From: Strigamia acuminata
Lineage: Eukaryota
DNA length: 64,000 nt
Direction of reading: 5' to 3'
Assembly: GCA_949358305.1 (NCBI GenBank)
Contig: OX442314.1
Coordinates: forward strand, 9,114,001 to 9,178,000
Position numbers and translations under genes: made by a program. Shown one piece after another: positions 10,161 through 21,700 of this stretch (positions are counted from its first letter, which is position 1; every line of letters starts with the position of its first letter). The notes under the pieces are model-generated. The model was not told the origin of the DNA, did not search any database, and saw only the letters and a program-made list of their open reading frames with translations.

Positions 10161-10943
10161 ATGGCGGACCAGGACAGCAGTTCCGAGGGGGACGAATCAC
10201 TCGATTTTACATCGGATGAGGAGTTTTATGAGGATCTTAGGGGAAAGGAGTTAGCCCTTTTGGAGAAGTTGGACGCGATCGATTGGTTCCACCCGGAGGA
10301 CAACCCATATCTTGGCAGTATTACTGGATCGATCAAGGACCGAGCGATGTCCCGGCGGCTGGGTTGGTCAACAGATTTGTCGGGCCCCCAATCACAGTTG
10401 CCCATCCGACATCCGGATTTGGTGGCAACGGGTCCACGTCGACGATGTTTCGGAGACGCGTCACCTTTCAACATGCTTTCGATCCCTCGAGCCACCGACT
10501 GGGAGACGGCTATACGACACGTGGCAGCGAGGCAGCGGTCCGATGGAAACCGGATGCGATTCCTGGACTACCAGGATTTTCCAACTACATTTTGGGCGCG
10601 GAAGGGATTTAACGAAATTTTCCCCTTCGGCACCCTCGACTGGCAGTGTCCAACGCGTCGACGAGCGACGTCGTATATTCAGACAGACCCGGATTTGTGG
10701 CGGCAGTTTTTCTACGCCATCGCCCGCACCGAGCACGGATGGCCTGAATCGCAGGCCCATGCCATTTTGGAACTTCGTAACGGACAAATCCTCTTCCTGG
10801 AAAGTCTCATCGCAGACGTACTTACGCGTTACCATCCGCGTACGGAGAAGCAGATGGAGGATGTGCTGGTTTATCGCGTCGTTGGATTGGTGGAGGAGCT
10901 TCTCCAGCTGATGTTCCCGGACGGCGCCAGTGATAGTGACTAG
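10161..10943 (+). CDS. Extra ORF3 of the gypsy element (260 aa, unknown function, not env-like)
   Basis: ATG-initiated GC-rich ORF between pol and the 3' LTR. Acidic N-terminus; no visible signal peptide or transmembrane segment. Confidence 0.65.
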   Translation: MADQDSSSEGDESLDFTSDEEFYEDLRGKELALLEKLDAIDWFHPEDNPYLGSITGSIKDRAMSRRLGWSTDLSGPQSQLPIRHPDLVATGPRRRCFGDASPFNMLSIPRATDWETAIRHVAARQRSDGNRMRFLDYQDFPTTFWARKGFNEIFPFGTLDWQCPTRRRATSYIQTDPDLWRQFFYAIARTEHGWPESQAHAILELRNGQILFLESLIADVLTRYHPRTEKQMEDVLVYRVVGLVEELLQLMFPDGASDSD

Positions 10944-11540
10944 CCAGGAAGTACCATTGCGAACTTGGTGAACGGTTTCATGAACGTGACTTTTGTTTTG
11001 TGCGCAACTTCTAGGTTCAAATGGATAAGTCTCCATTTGGGCGCGTGTTTAGTTTTATTGTTTGTGTTTAGCATTTCAAGTGATATTTGTGAACATTATA
11101 TTTTACCCGACTGTGATATATAATTTATTTCGTTTGTTTTCCAGTGTTTTCCGCGCCTGTTGTACCTATCCGCGTGCCCGGGAGACGCCTCATTCCTCCT
11201 CCGAGAATCATGTGCCGGTGGAGATGACCCCCTAAATTTTCCTCTCGGTCGTGTGGATGGGTGCAATGAGCGTAGGAGTTCCAGCAATCAACGATTGCTT
11301 GGAAGAGTAAGTTTGTGTTAGTTTTAGCTTTATTCCAAGTGTCAATTTGCCTTACTGTGATTTGAGTTTATGTGTTAACGCGTCTCACGCGATTGTTTTG
11401 ATTTGCATCATGTTCATTTTTGATTTTGATTCGTTTATTTTTGATTGTGTTTAATTCGCTAATGTTGCGAGTGATTATGTTCTTGATTTTGATTTGATTG
11501 TATCGTTTCATTACTTCATCAAACAGAGTAATAAAACTCT

Positions 11541-11553
11541 GGCTGTGGGGGCG
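11541..11553 (+). other. Polypurine-tract-like G-rich element
   Basis: GGCTGTGGGGGCG immediately 5' of the 3' LTR. Confidence 0.6.
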
Positions 11554-12686
11554 TGTCACGGCCCGTGTTTCCTACGCGTACAGTTTACGCATTGTTAACC
11601 CGTGTTTGTTCCTATTAAACCTAATTTTGTCATCTTCTTACCTTTGTTGTTTTGTTTGTGTTTGATTCGTGAGTTTTCCTCATTTTCCTTCTATCTTATC
11701 TCTTACTCTCTCCTAACTTTCTCTTCATTCTCTCACTTTTCTCTTATCTACTCCTAGTTTTTCTTCTTTAGTTTATGATTTGGATGCAAACTTCTTTGCA
11801 TATCTATTCTGGTCATCACGCGTCGTCATCAGTCATACTCATCAGTATGCACCGACAGTGGTGATTGGCTCTTGACTCTTCCGTGATTGGTCAGGCTTGG
11901 TTGAGTCCAAGTTTACCTCTCACCCTATTTTTCCTTTTTTGCTTCAGTTGATCTCAGTATCCCGAACGCGTAGGTGCTCCTTTGGAGCCAGTGCTCATGG
12001 CTGAGGTTTAACTCCGAAGCTCACTCGTGGCTTTGCTTTCGCCCTGGAATTCTGCAACACGGTTTCAGGCTTTCATTTCATTTCGCGTGTTAACTCACGG
12101 TTTTACACCACTCGTTCACCATTTGTTTTCCTGCTCCTTTTTGTTCATGTTTTATCGCCGTGACGCGTTATCCAAGGCCAAACAGGATTTGTTGGCCATA
12201 AGTTTGAAGTTTGTGTCTTTCATTTCGCTTGCGCGTGCGTTTAGCTTAGTTTAGCCGCCTGCCATTCGGGCTTTAGCTTTAATTAAGCATTGAGTCAGGT
12301 TTAGAGTTAGGTTTAGGGCCCGTGCGTTGTATAAGCACGAGTAAATTGCCCATCCTCGTTCAAACTCGACAGTTTGGGGTTGCTTATGAGCCACTACGAG
12401 ACGTGCATTCGTTTGCCTTCGTGTGAAAACACGATTGTTGGCGGGTCACGCGTTGGGTTTTGGTTCAGACGCGACTACCGGACATTCTGTCCCCGAGTTT
12501 TACAGCTCGGGATACCCGGCCACAAATAAATATTAGTGTGGTGCACAGTATCTGAGAGTGTGTTAGCTGCCACTTCCTGCGCACATTCGATTTACGGCAG
12601 GTACGCAACTACCAGGGTGTGTGAATTTACTGTTTCGCGGCGTCTTTCAAACGCTTCTAAACCACCTAGACTCGCGATCCATCACA
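11554..12686 (+). repeat. 3' LTR of the gypsy element
   Basis: Direct repeat of 1345-2477. Confidence 0.97.
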
Positions 12687-14725
12687 AAGAAATTTCAATA
12701 AATATCAAGAAATTTCAATAAATATCAAGAAATTTCAATAAATATCAAGAAATTTCAATAAATATCAAGAAATTTCAATAAATATCAAGAAATTTCAATA
12801 AATATCAAGAAATTTCAATAAATATCAAGAAATTTCAATAAATATCAAGAAATTTCAATAAATATCAAGAAATTTCAATAAATATCAAGAAATTTCAATA
12901 AATATCAAGAAATTTCAATAAATATCAAGAAATTTCAATAAATATCAAGAAATTTCAATAAATATCAAGAAATTTCAATAAATATCAAGAAATTTCAATA
13001 AATATCAAGAAATTTCAATAAATATCAAGAAATTTCAATAAATATCAAGAAATTTCAATAAATATCAAGAAATTTCAATAAATATCAAGAAATTTCAATA
13101 AATATCAAGAAATTTCAATAAATATCAAGAAATTTCAATAAATATCAAGAAATTTCAATAAATATCAAGAAATTTCAATAAATATCAAGAAATTTCAATA
13201 AATATCAAGAAATTTCAATAAATATCAAGAAATTTCAATAAATATCAAGAAATTTCAATAAATATCAAGAAATTTCAATAAATATCAAGAAATTTCAATA
13301 AATATCAAGAAATTTCAATAAATATCAAGAAATTTCAATAAATATCAAGAAATTTCAATAAATATCAAGAAATTTCAATAAATATCAAGAAATTTCAATA
13401 AATATCAAGAAATTTCAATAAATATCAAGAAATTTCAATAAATATCAAGAAATTTCAATAAATATCAAGAAATTTCAATAAATATCAAGAAATTTCAATA
13501 AATATCAAGAAATTTCAATAAATATCAAGAAATTTCAATAAATATCAAGAAATTTCAATAAATATCAAGAAATTTCAATAAATATCAAGAAATTTCAATA
13601 AATATCAAGAAATTTCAATAAATATCAAGAAATTTCAATAAATATCAAGAAATTTCAATAAATATCAAGAAATTTCAATAAATATCAAGAAATTTCAATA
13701 AATATCAAGAAATTTCAATAAATATCAAGAAATTTCAATAAATATCAAGAAATTTCAATAAATATCAAGAAATTTCAATAAATATCAAGAAATTTCAATA
13801 AATATCAAGAAATTTCAATAAATATCAAGAAATTTCAATAAATATCAAGAAATTTCAATAAATATCAAGAAATTTCAATAAATATCAAGAAATTTCAATA
13901 AATATCAAGAAATTTCAATAAATATCAAGAAATTTCAATAAATATCAAGAAATTTCAATAAATATCAAGAAATTTCAATAAATATCAAGAAATTTCAATA
14001 AATATCAAGAAATTTCAATAAATATCAAGAAATTTCAATAAATATCAAGAAATTTCAATAAATATCAAGAAATTTCAATAAATATCAAGAAATTTCAATA
14101 AATATCAAGAAATTTCAATAAATATCAAGAAATTTCAATAAATATCAAGAAATTTCAATAAATATCAAGAAATTTCAATAAATATCAAGAAATTTCAATA
14201 AATATCAAGAAATTTCAATAAATATCAAGAAATTTCAATAAATATCAAGAAATTTCAATAAATATCAAGAAATTTCAATAAATATCAAGAAATTTCAATA
14301 AATATCAAGAAATTTCAATAAATATCAAGAAATTTCAATAAATATCAAGAAATTTCAATAAATATCAAGAAATTTCAATAAATATCAAAAAATTTCAATA
14401 AATATCAAGAAATTTCAATAAATATCAAGAAATTTCAATAAATATCAAAAAATTTCAATAAATATTAAGAAATTTCAATAAATGTTCAGTAATCTAAAGA
14501 AATAACAAATATTGAGAAGAAATACTAGTATTACTAAATATTGAGAAATATTGAGAAATATCAAGATATATTGAGAAATATCAAGAAATATTGAGAAATA
14601 TTGAGAAATATCAACAAATATTTAGAAATATTGAGAAATATTGAGAAATATCAACAAATATTTAGAAATATCAAGAAATATTAATAAATATTGAGAAGTA
14701 AGAAATATTAATAAATATTGAAAAA
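12687..14725. repeat. 20-bp satellite (~90 units, to ~14482) decaying into a 10-bp repeat (TTGAGAAATA/TCAAGAAATA), within intron 2 of a Star-like gene
   Basis: Read directly. The 20-mer is a dimer of two related 10-mers, TCAAGAAATT and TCAATAAATA. Confidence 0.98.
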
Positions 14726-14792
14726 TTTCAATAAAAATAGACATTTTTGATAGATGTCAACAAGAATTGGCAAATTCCAAATAATGACTTAC

Positions 14793-15156
14793 AGTTTTGA
14801 AAATTCTTGAACTCAAATTGGCTAACGCAACCGATCCTGGATCCGAAACAAATGGATCCTCTAATTTATATGGATAGGAATTAGGTTTAATCAAAACCTC
14901 ACTTCTAATGTATTCAATCAGCAATGGGTCTAGCTGCTCTCTTCCAGCCATATCAAAATCATTCCACTTTCTTTTCAATTCTCTTGAAACACAACCTGAA
15001 AACAATCCATAACAAATCATCAAAAAAAAAGAATACACATAAATATGCATTTTCCATACTAATATTTTGACTGACAATCCAAGAATACATCAAAATGGTA
15101 ACAACAAGAAGAGGTATAAATGATACCAGTATTTTCTTCTTCATTAATTTGTGCAT
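14793..15156 (-). CDS. Star-like/FkbM methyltransferase-domain gene B', exons 1-2 (15156-15060, 14995-14793); remaining exons expected beyond the left edge
   Basis: Same translation as exons 1-2 of the complete gene at 32049-35194. GT/AG boundaries are in phase and there is an N-terminal TM helix. Confidence 0.85.
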
Positions 15157-15544
15157 GATTGATTATGTTTTTCCAGGAAAGATTCAGAGTTCTAGTATTC
15201 CTGTTTGTGTGCACATCCTGCTGTGTTTGGTTTGTCTGTTAGGTGTGGATAGTATTTTATCTACATTTTATAGTCATTTTATTATGAAAATCTTTTAATA
15301 TCCCACCATAAAATGCAGACTAGGATTGATGTTGATGAACTTGGATTTGCCTTTATTTGACTTTCCCAGATATCAAGTGTCGACGGAGTGTACCGTTGAC
15401 TAAAACCTAAAACCATTACTATACAAAATAAAATCACAACTAAATCTGTAAAATGTTGTCAAGGATTCAGGATAGAAGAAATGGCAACAGCGTATGGTGA
15501 TGTTGGGAGCCTAAAATGAATTTTTTATTGCCTAAAATGACTTT

Positions 15545-15684
15545 GACACGCTAGGTGCGATGCGATTCGCGCCGCCTCGCAAAGCGATTTTGACGTCATC
15601 AAAAATGACGTTAGGTCACACCTGATTGGCTGCAATCAAAATCGCAGACCAAAAAGTACGCGCCGCCATCGCTCCTAGTGTGTC
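15545..15684. mobile_element. Short MITE-like element (duplicate at ~35583-35722)
   Basis: Imperfect terminal inverted repeat GACACGCTAGGTGCGATG / CATCGCTCCTAGTGTGTC; GC-rich island in AT-rich DNA. Confidence 0.55.
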
Positions 15685-15792
15685 TCTAGCATAATAGTGA
15701 ATCTTTTATTGTCAAATGTGAATTTTTTTGGACTAAAAAGGAAATTTTAAATACCGGTATGGTTTTTTTTTGTGCAAAAATGAAAGAAAAAA

Positions 15793-18700
15793 TTAATATT
15801 TAACATTTTTCTTTTTGAAAATAAAATCGTATGTATTTTTTTCAATCGTGATGTAACCCCTTTGTTTCATGAAATCTTCTATTTCCTTTGGTTCGTTGCT
15901 GCTGTAATGTTCAACTGCTAAAACATTGATGTTGACGTTGTGAAAGGGAATTGTCTTCAACACTGGCAACTCAATGCCTTCCACGTCCAGCACGAAGTAA
16001 TCGATAGTCGTTAAATTGGCGGCGACCAACAAAGAATAAACGGGAAAACACTCAACCCGAAACGAAGTGGAAGTTGTTTCGTTTATCAATTTACTATTCA
16101 TTCCGTTTGAACTCAAATTCATCTGTAAAACGCAACAATTTTCAATACCAACACAAATATATTTCATCATGCATTCAAAGTTTCAGTTTTTGCTATTTTT
16201 AGTGTTTCTATAAAACCATCAACAAAAGCTGTAGACTGGTTTTCCAAGTGATTTATGCAACCTGGTGTTGATTTTTAAAACCAAATTCAAAATGGCTCTC
16301 ACAGAAGTAGGATCGGGTCAAACAGCCAAATAGTTCGCCAGGTTTTCGTCTTTGCTTTTGATGTTTATGGAAACACCAAAAAAACCATAGAAACAGAAAC
16401 TTTGGATGCGCCTAAAATTTGATTATAGATGGCGTCGTCATTACTTCTTCTGACCGATTGTGAGGACTTAAGCAAGCCTCCATCAAATAGGATTTACGAT
16501 TTGAAAGCAACAACTTGGAAAAGTGAATAGGATTCGGTTCCACGAGAAGTCCTGTCCAGCCTAGGAATCGTTCCAGATAAATAGTCATTGAAAGTGACTC
16601 CGGGTTAAATGCACCGGCTTCAAAAAATGTCCCATTGCGCTTCTGTTTGATAAAAATAATTAAAATTAAAATTGACAAATTTAAAAAAAAATTACCAAAT
16701 TCCAGCAAAAACTATCATTTTCCAACAAAAATGGCCAAATTGTTGATAAATTTCAGCAAAAATTGACAAATTCTTAATAAATTTAAACAAAAATTGTCAA
16801 ATTCTTGATTAATTTCAACAAAAATTGCCAAATTCTTGATAAATTTAAACAAAAATTGTCAAATTCTTGATTAATTTCAACAAAAATTGCCAAATTCTTG
16901 ATAAATTTCAACAAAAATTGCCAAATTCTTGATTAATTTCAACAAAAATTGCCAAATTCTTGATAAATTTAAACAAAAATTGTCAAATTCTTGATTAATT
17001 TCAACAAAAATTGCCAAATTCTTGATAAATTTCAACAAAAATTGCCAAATTCTTGATAAATTTCAACAAAAATTACCAAATTCTTGATAAATTTCAACAA
17101 AAATTGCCAAATTCTTGATAAATTTCAACAAAAATTGCCAAATTCTTGATAAATTTTAATAAAAATTGCCAATTTCCAAAGAATGACTTATGTAACGTTG
17201 CACGAGCAACTTGTATAAATGAAACACTCTTTAAACTTATTAAAACTACGGATGGAGTCGGATTCGGATCGAAGGTTGTTGTAAACTCAAAGAACGATGT
17301 GGACAAGGTTACATTTGAAAAGACAGTGAAAATTTATTCAAATTTTTAGGTATATAACACAAAAGGATTAAGCTAATCCTTAAATTCCAAGAATACAGAT
17401 CCGGGTCACAAGTGAGCTTTTTTCACTTGCGCCACGGTGTTAAAAGACACAATTAAACTGGTTCACTTTGGAAACCGCCAGTTTCCACAGTCCCCCCGTC
17501 CCGGCAGACTGGGACTTCGGTTTCCACTTCGAGGTTGCATAGTCTCTGGATGGGTCTTCGTAGACGTGTCCCGTTGGACATCTGGATTTCGCAGGAGCGA
17601 ATCAAGCCGTCACGACCCTCCTTCACGGAGGTGATGCGTCCGAGCTTCCACGTAAGTCGCGGCCGGTTTTGGTCCTCGATGATCACGATGTCTCCCACGT
17701 TAAATTTCGTACGACTGGTGACGCCTCGGTGTTGGCGTAATTCGATTAAGTATTCCTTCGTCCAACGGTCCCAAAATCGTTGGATAAGCGTTTGTCGGTA
17801 TTTCCACGCTCTTAAGATGTCATCTTTTGATCCCGGATTGGTGGAATATTTCGGTGCGGTCGGCAGAAATGAAATGCGTTTTCCTAAGAGAAAATGAGAG
17901 GGGGAAAGGGGTAATTCTTCAAGAGGAGTATCATAAACATAGGTTAATGGTCTGGAGTTCACAACAGCTTCAGCTTCTGCGAGTATGGTCACAAGTCCCT
18001 CATAATCAAGTGTGTTCTTCCCAATCGTTTTCTTTAGCGCCAATTTCACGGAACGCACCATGCGCTCCCAAAAACCACCCCACCAAGGTGCAGTCTCAAC
18101 AATATATTTCCATGTAATTTGTTTCTCCGTAATAAATCCTTGAAACTGTTCTTCTGGTAAATATTTCAAAAACAAATTAATTTCCTTGTCAGTCCTTTTA
18201 AACGTTTTGGCGTTATCGGAGTATATAGTTTTGGGAATTCCTCGCCGACAAATAAAACGCTTCACACAGTCAATAAACTTATCGGTACTCAAGTTGGAGA
18301 GCAATTCCAGGTGAACTGCACGCGTCACAGCACATGTAAACAGGGCAATATACACTTTGTTACCCAATTTGGTGTAGAGAGGACCCGCAAAATCGACTCC
18401 ACATATTTTGAACGGTTCACTCGGCATAACACGATCAATGGGTAGCAACCCCCACTTTTCTTTGGCTAAACGTCCTTGTATTTTCCGACAGCAAACACAC
18501 TTGTGGATGATTCCCTTGATTGTTTTTCTCGCACGGGCGATCCAGAATCTCTCTCGAAGTCCACTCAATGTGTCGGCCAGTCCACTGTGTAAAGCTCGTT
18601 CGTGTTCGCCTAAAACAATCAATTTCGTTATAAAATGTTCGTTTGGTAATAAAAAGGGTTCGCGTGTATTGCGGTCAAGTTCGGCAGATCCCCATCGGTG

Positions 18701-21700
18701 TGTGGCTGTCAACAACCCATTGTCGTCTAATATTGGCGCCAACTTCAAAATTGATGATGATTTTTCAATTGGTTTTTGGTCAGTCAAACATCTAATTTCT
18801 CTCTGGAATCCCACTTGTTGTAAGTATTTCAGCCAATATCGTTCGCTCTGCTCGAGTTCCTCGTTTCTCAGCGGTTCTCCATCCCTGTTTTTCGTCTTCA
18901 GATTCGTAATATATCTAAAAACCCAAGCAGTAACTCTTTTTAGTTTTTTCCACGAGCTGAAACGGTTAAAATCAATGTCTGGTGTTGCTATTGCTGTCAG
19001 CGTCACGATCACGTCTTTTTCTTCATCTTCGTCGATTGGAACTGCTTTATCGTCTTCGTTTGGCCATCCGGATTCGTCGTCTGACAGCCATGTCGGTCCT
19101 TTCAGCCAGAATGGTTCCTCGGTGAGCTGCTTCACGTTTACTCCCCTCGTTACCAGGTCGGCCGGATTATCTTTCCCTGGGCAGTGGCGCCAATCGTCTC
19201 TCGATGTATTCTCGACAATTTCTCGTACACGATTGTACACGAATGTCGCTGGTCGGTTCTTGGTGTCGCGGATCCAGTGCAAAACTATCTTGGAATCGGT
19301 CCAAATTGTGAAATCTTCACACCCAAGAGTCGTTTTCAATGTTGGAATCAGTCTTGTTGCCAGTAGTGCGCCCATCAGTTCCAGCTTTGGTAATGTTAGT
19401 TCCTTTACAGGCGCCACTCTACACTTGGAAATGATAAAATCAATATTAACAGCATTTGTTTTGTCCAGAACTCGAGTGTAGGCTACTACGCCATACGCTC
19501 TCGGACTGGCATCACAGAAGATGTGAATCCTTTTCCTACAATTTCCTCCCCAATTTAACAATTTGCGCTCTAAATTTAAATTTTCGAGGTAGGGTATCTG
19601 AACATACCAATTTTCCCATTTTATCTTCACATATTCTGGAATGACGTCATCCCACCCAACATTTAATTTCCAAAGTTCCTGAAAAACAATTTTGGCAGTT
19701 ATCACAAAAGGGTTTGCCATTCCCAACGGGTCAAAAATCATAGCGGTAATCCTTACAATAAATCTTTTGGTGTATTTGGTCAAGTTAATCTCGTTAATCA
19801 ATGCACTAATGTCTAATCCCAATTTATCTAACTCAATATCCCAAACTACCCCCAAAACCTTAGTTTTCTTTTGAAAAACTGTCACGTCACAATCTGGGTC
19901 ATCTCGTATAATTTTCTCTTGTAATTTCACATCATTCGACTTCCATTTGGTTAATTTCATGTTCGCGGCTTGCAAAATCTCACGACTCTCATCATAAATT
20001 TGAATTAACTTGTTCGAATTGTCAATACTTGTTACAAAATCGTCTACATACAAGTCTTCTTTCAGCTTGTCGCATGTGTCCGGGTATTGGTCTTCAAACT
20101 TGTCGACGTGTTCTTTTACTGTTGCATTTAGTAAAAATGGACTGGGTCCTGTCCCAAATGGAACTCGAGTTTGGCGCAATTCAATTAGTTTTACCTACTC
20201 TTCACCGTTCCACCCGTCCTCAATCCAATAAAGTCGTGTGACGTCTCGTTCGTCCGTCTTGAGATGTATTCGATGGAAGGCTTTCTCGATGTCGCCGATT
20301 GCGCCGTATTTGCCGGTTCGGAACTTCAAAACAATGTTTATTAGATGAGGTAACATATTCGGCCCCTTACTCAGACAGTCGTTTAGCGATAAACATCCTT
20401 TTGCGTGCGACGACGCGTCATACACAATTCTTAGCTTTGTTGTGGCTCGAGTTTCGTCAATTACTGGTCGATGAGGGATATAATACGGGTTGTCTGGTTT
20501 CGAGTTCTTCGGAACTTTTTCCAAGATTCCGGAGGCGAGTTGTTCGTCGATCACTTTTTTATAGTCTAAATATAACTTGGGATTTTTTCGAAAACGGTTA
20601 ATTAAACTCCACAAACGCTTTTTTGCAACATCTCGATTGTCGCTCAATTCCTTGCGATCAATCTTCCACGGGAATCCCACTTCGTAATGGTCATCTACCC
20701 ACTCGATCTGCTCTTTGAATCGTTTCAACGTGTCCACTTCATCGATTCCCGGTTCCATAGTCTCGTGGCGAATCCCAATCGATTCCAAGTTCCAGAATTT
20801 TTCTAAAAGTTCATTTGTATTATCGGCAACTAAAATCTTGTTTACCCGCACTAAAGACGACACGGTTGTTTCAGTCTCTCCGGTTGAGCCGTGCAACGTC
20901 CATCCAAATATGGTTTCGATTGCCATGAGATTTTCATCGATGCGTTGCTGTTTTCCCGTTGTAACTCTCCAAAAGTTGTCGACGCCAATTAAGATGGAAA
21001 CGCCGTCGTCCCTGTGAACGCTGTTGTCGTAAGCCAGTTTGATGTTGTATTTCTTCAGTTTTTCCAATACTCGTTCGTCAGGTTTTCCTCGTAATGTCGG
21101 AGTTATCCAGGGCGACTCAAGCGCTTTGATTTCTAAATTGCAATTTCTATTTTCACAGTTATTCAAACTTAACTTCACCTGTTTCCGTTTGGCAATTGTT
21201 GGTTCAGTAGATCCGAAAGTCAAGAGGGCGATTGACTGCTCACCAATCTTCTCTAGTTGCAGTTCTCTCGACAGTTTTTCAGTTATAAAGCTTCTTTGGG
21301 ATCCCCCATCCAAGAAGCATTGGACTCTTCTCTTCTCGTTGCTCCCGTTGGCCTCCAACACGACGACCTGCAGGAACATCACGGTTTCCGTATTTGTTGA
21401 TTCTTGAACGGCCGAAGTCAAAGTTGTTTCTGTCTTCTTGTTGTCTTCCTTATCGCACAAGTACGTGTGATGTTTCTGCTCGCATTTCCTACATTTAAAT
21501 CGGGTATTACATTGACGAGCTTGGTGATTTTCTTTTAGACATCTGTAGCAGCGACGCGCTTTGAAACACGCTTCTTTCCGCTTTTCGACCGTCAATGGAC
21601 AGTCCGGGCTCTTGTGGTCTTCCTTTTCGCAAAATGTGCATTTGTAAACGATGTTGGAAAGGGCTGAAGCGGAACTGTGATTATTAGATTTGTAATTGGT

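Larger units (their letters stand above)
1345..12686 (+). mobile_element. Full-length, apparently intact Ty3/gypsy LTR retrotransposon (11,342 bp) with 4-bp TSD AAGA
   Basis: Two 1133-bp TG...CA LTRs, PBS, gag, pol in PR-RT-RH-IN order, and a G-rich tract before the 3' LTR. AAGA flanks both ends (1341-1344 and 12687-12690). Confidence 0.98.

Noticed and set aside
10161..10943. env gene
   Set aside because: No signal peptide or TM anchor visible, and shorter than typical errantivirus env.
12687..14482. CRISPR-like array
   Set aside because: Head-to-tail identical units with no unique spacers, no cas genes, and a eukaryotic intron context.
15793..16642. Bacterial FkbM gene or recent horizontal transfer
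   Set aside because: Spliceosomal introns, a TM leader and Star-like motifs fit an animal gene family.
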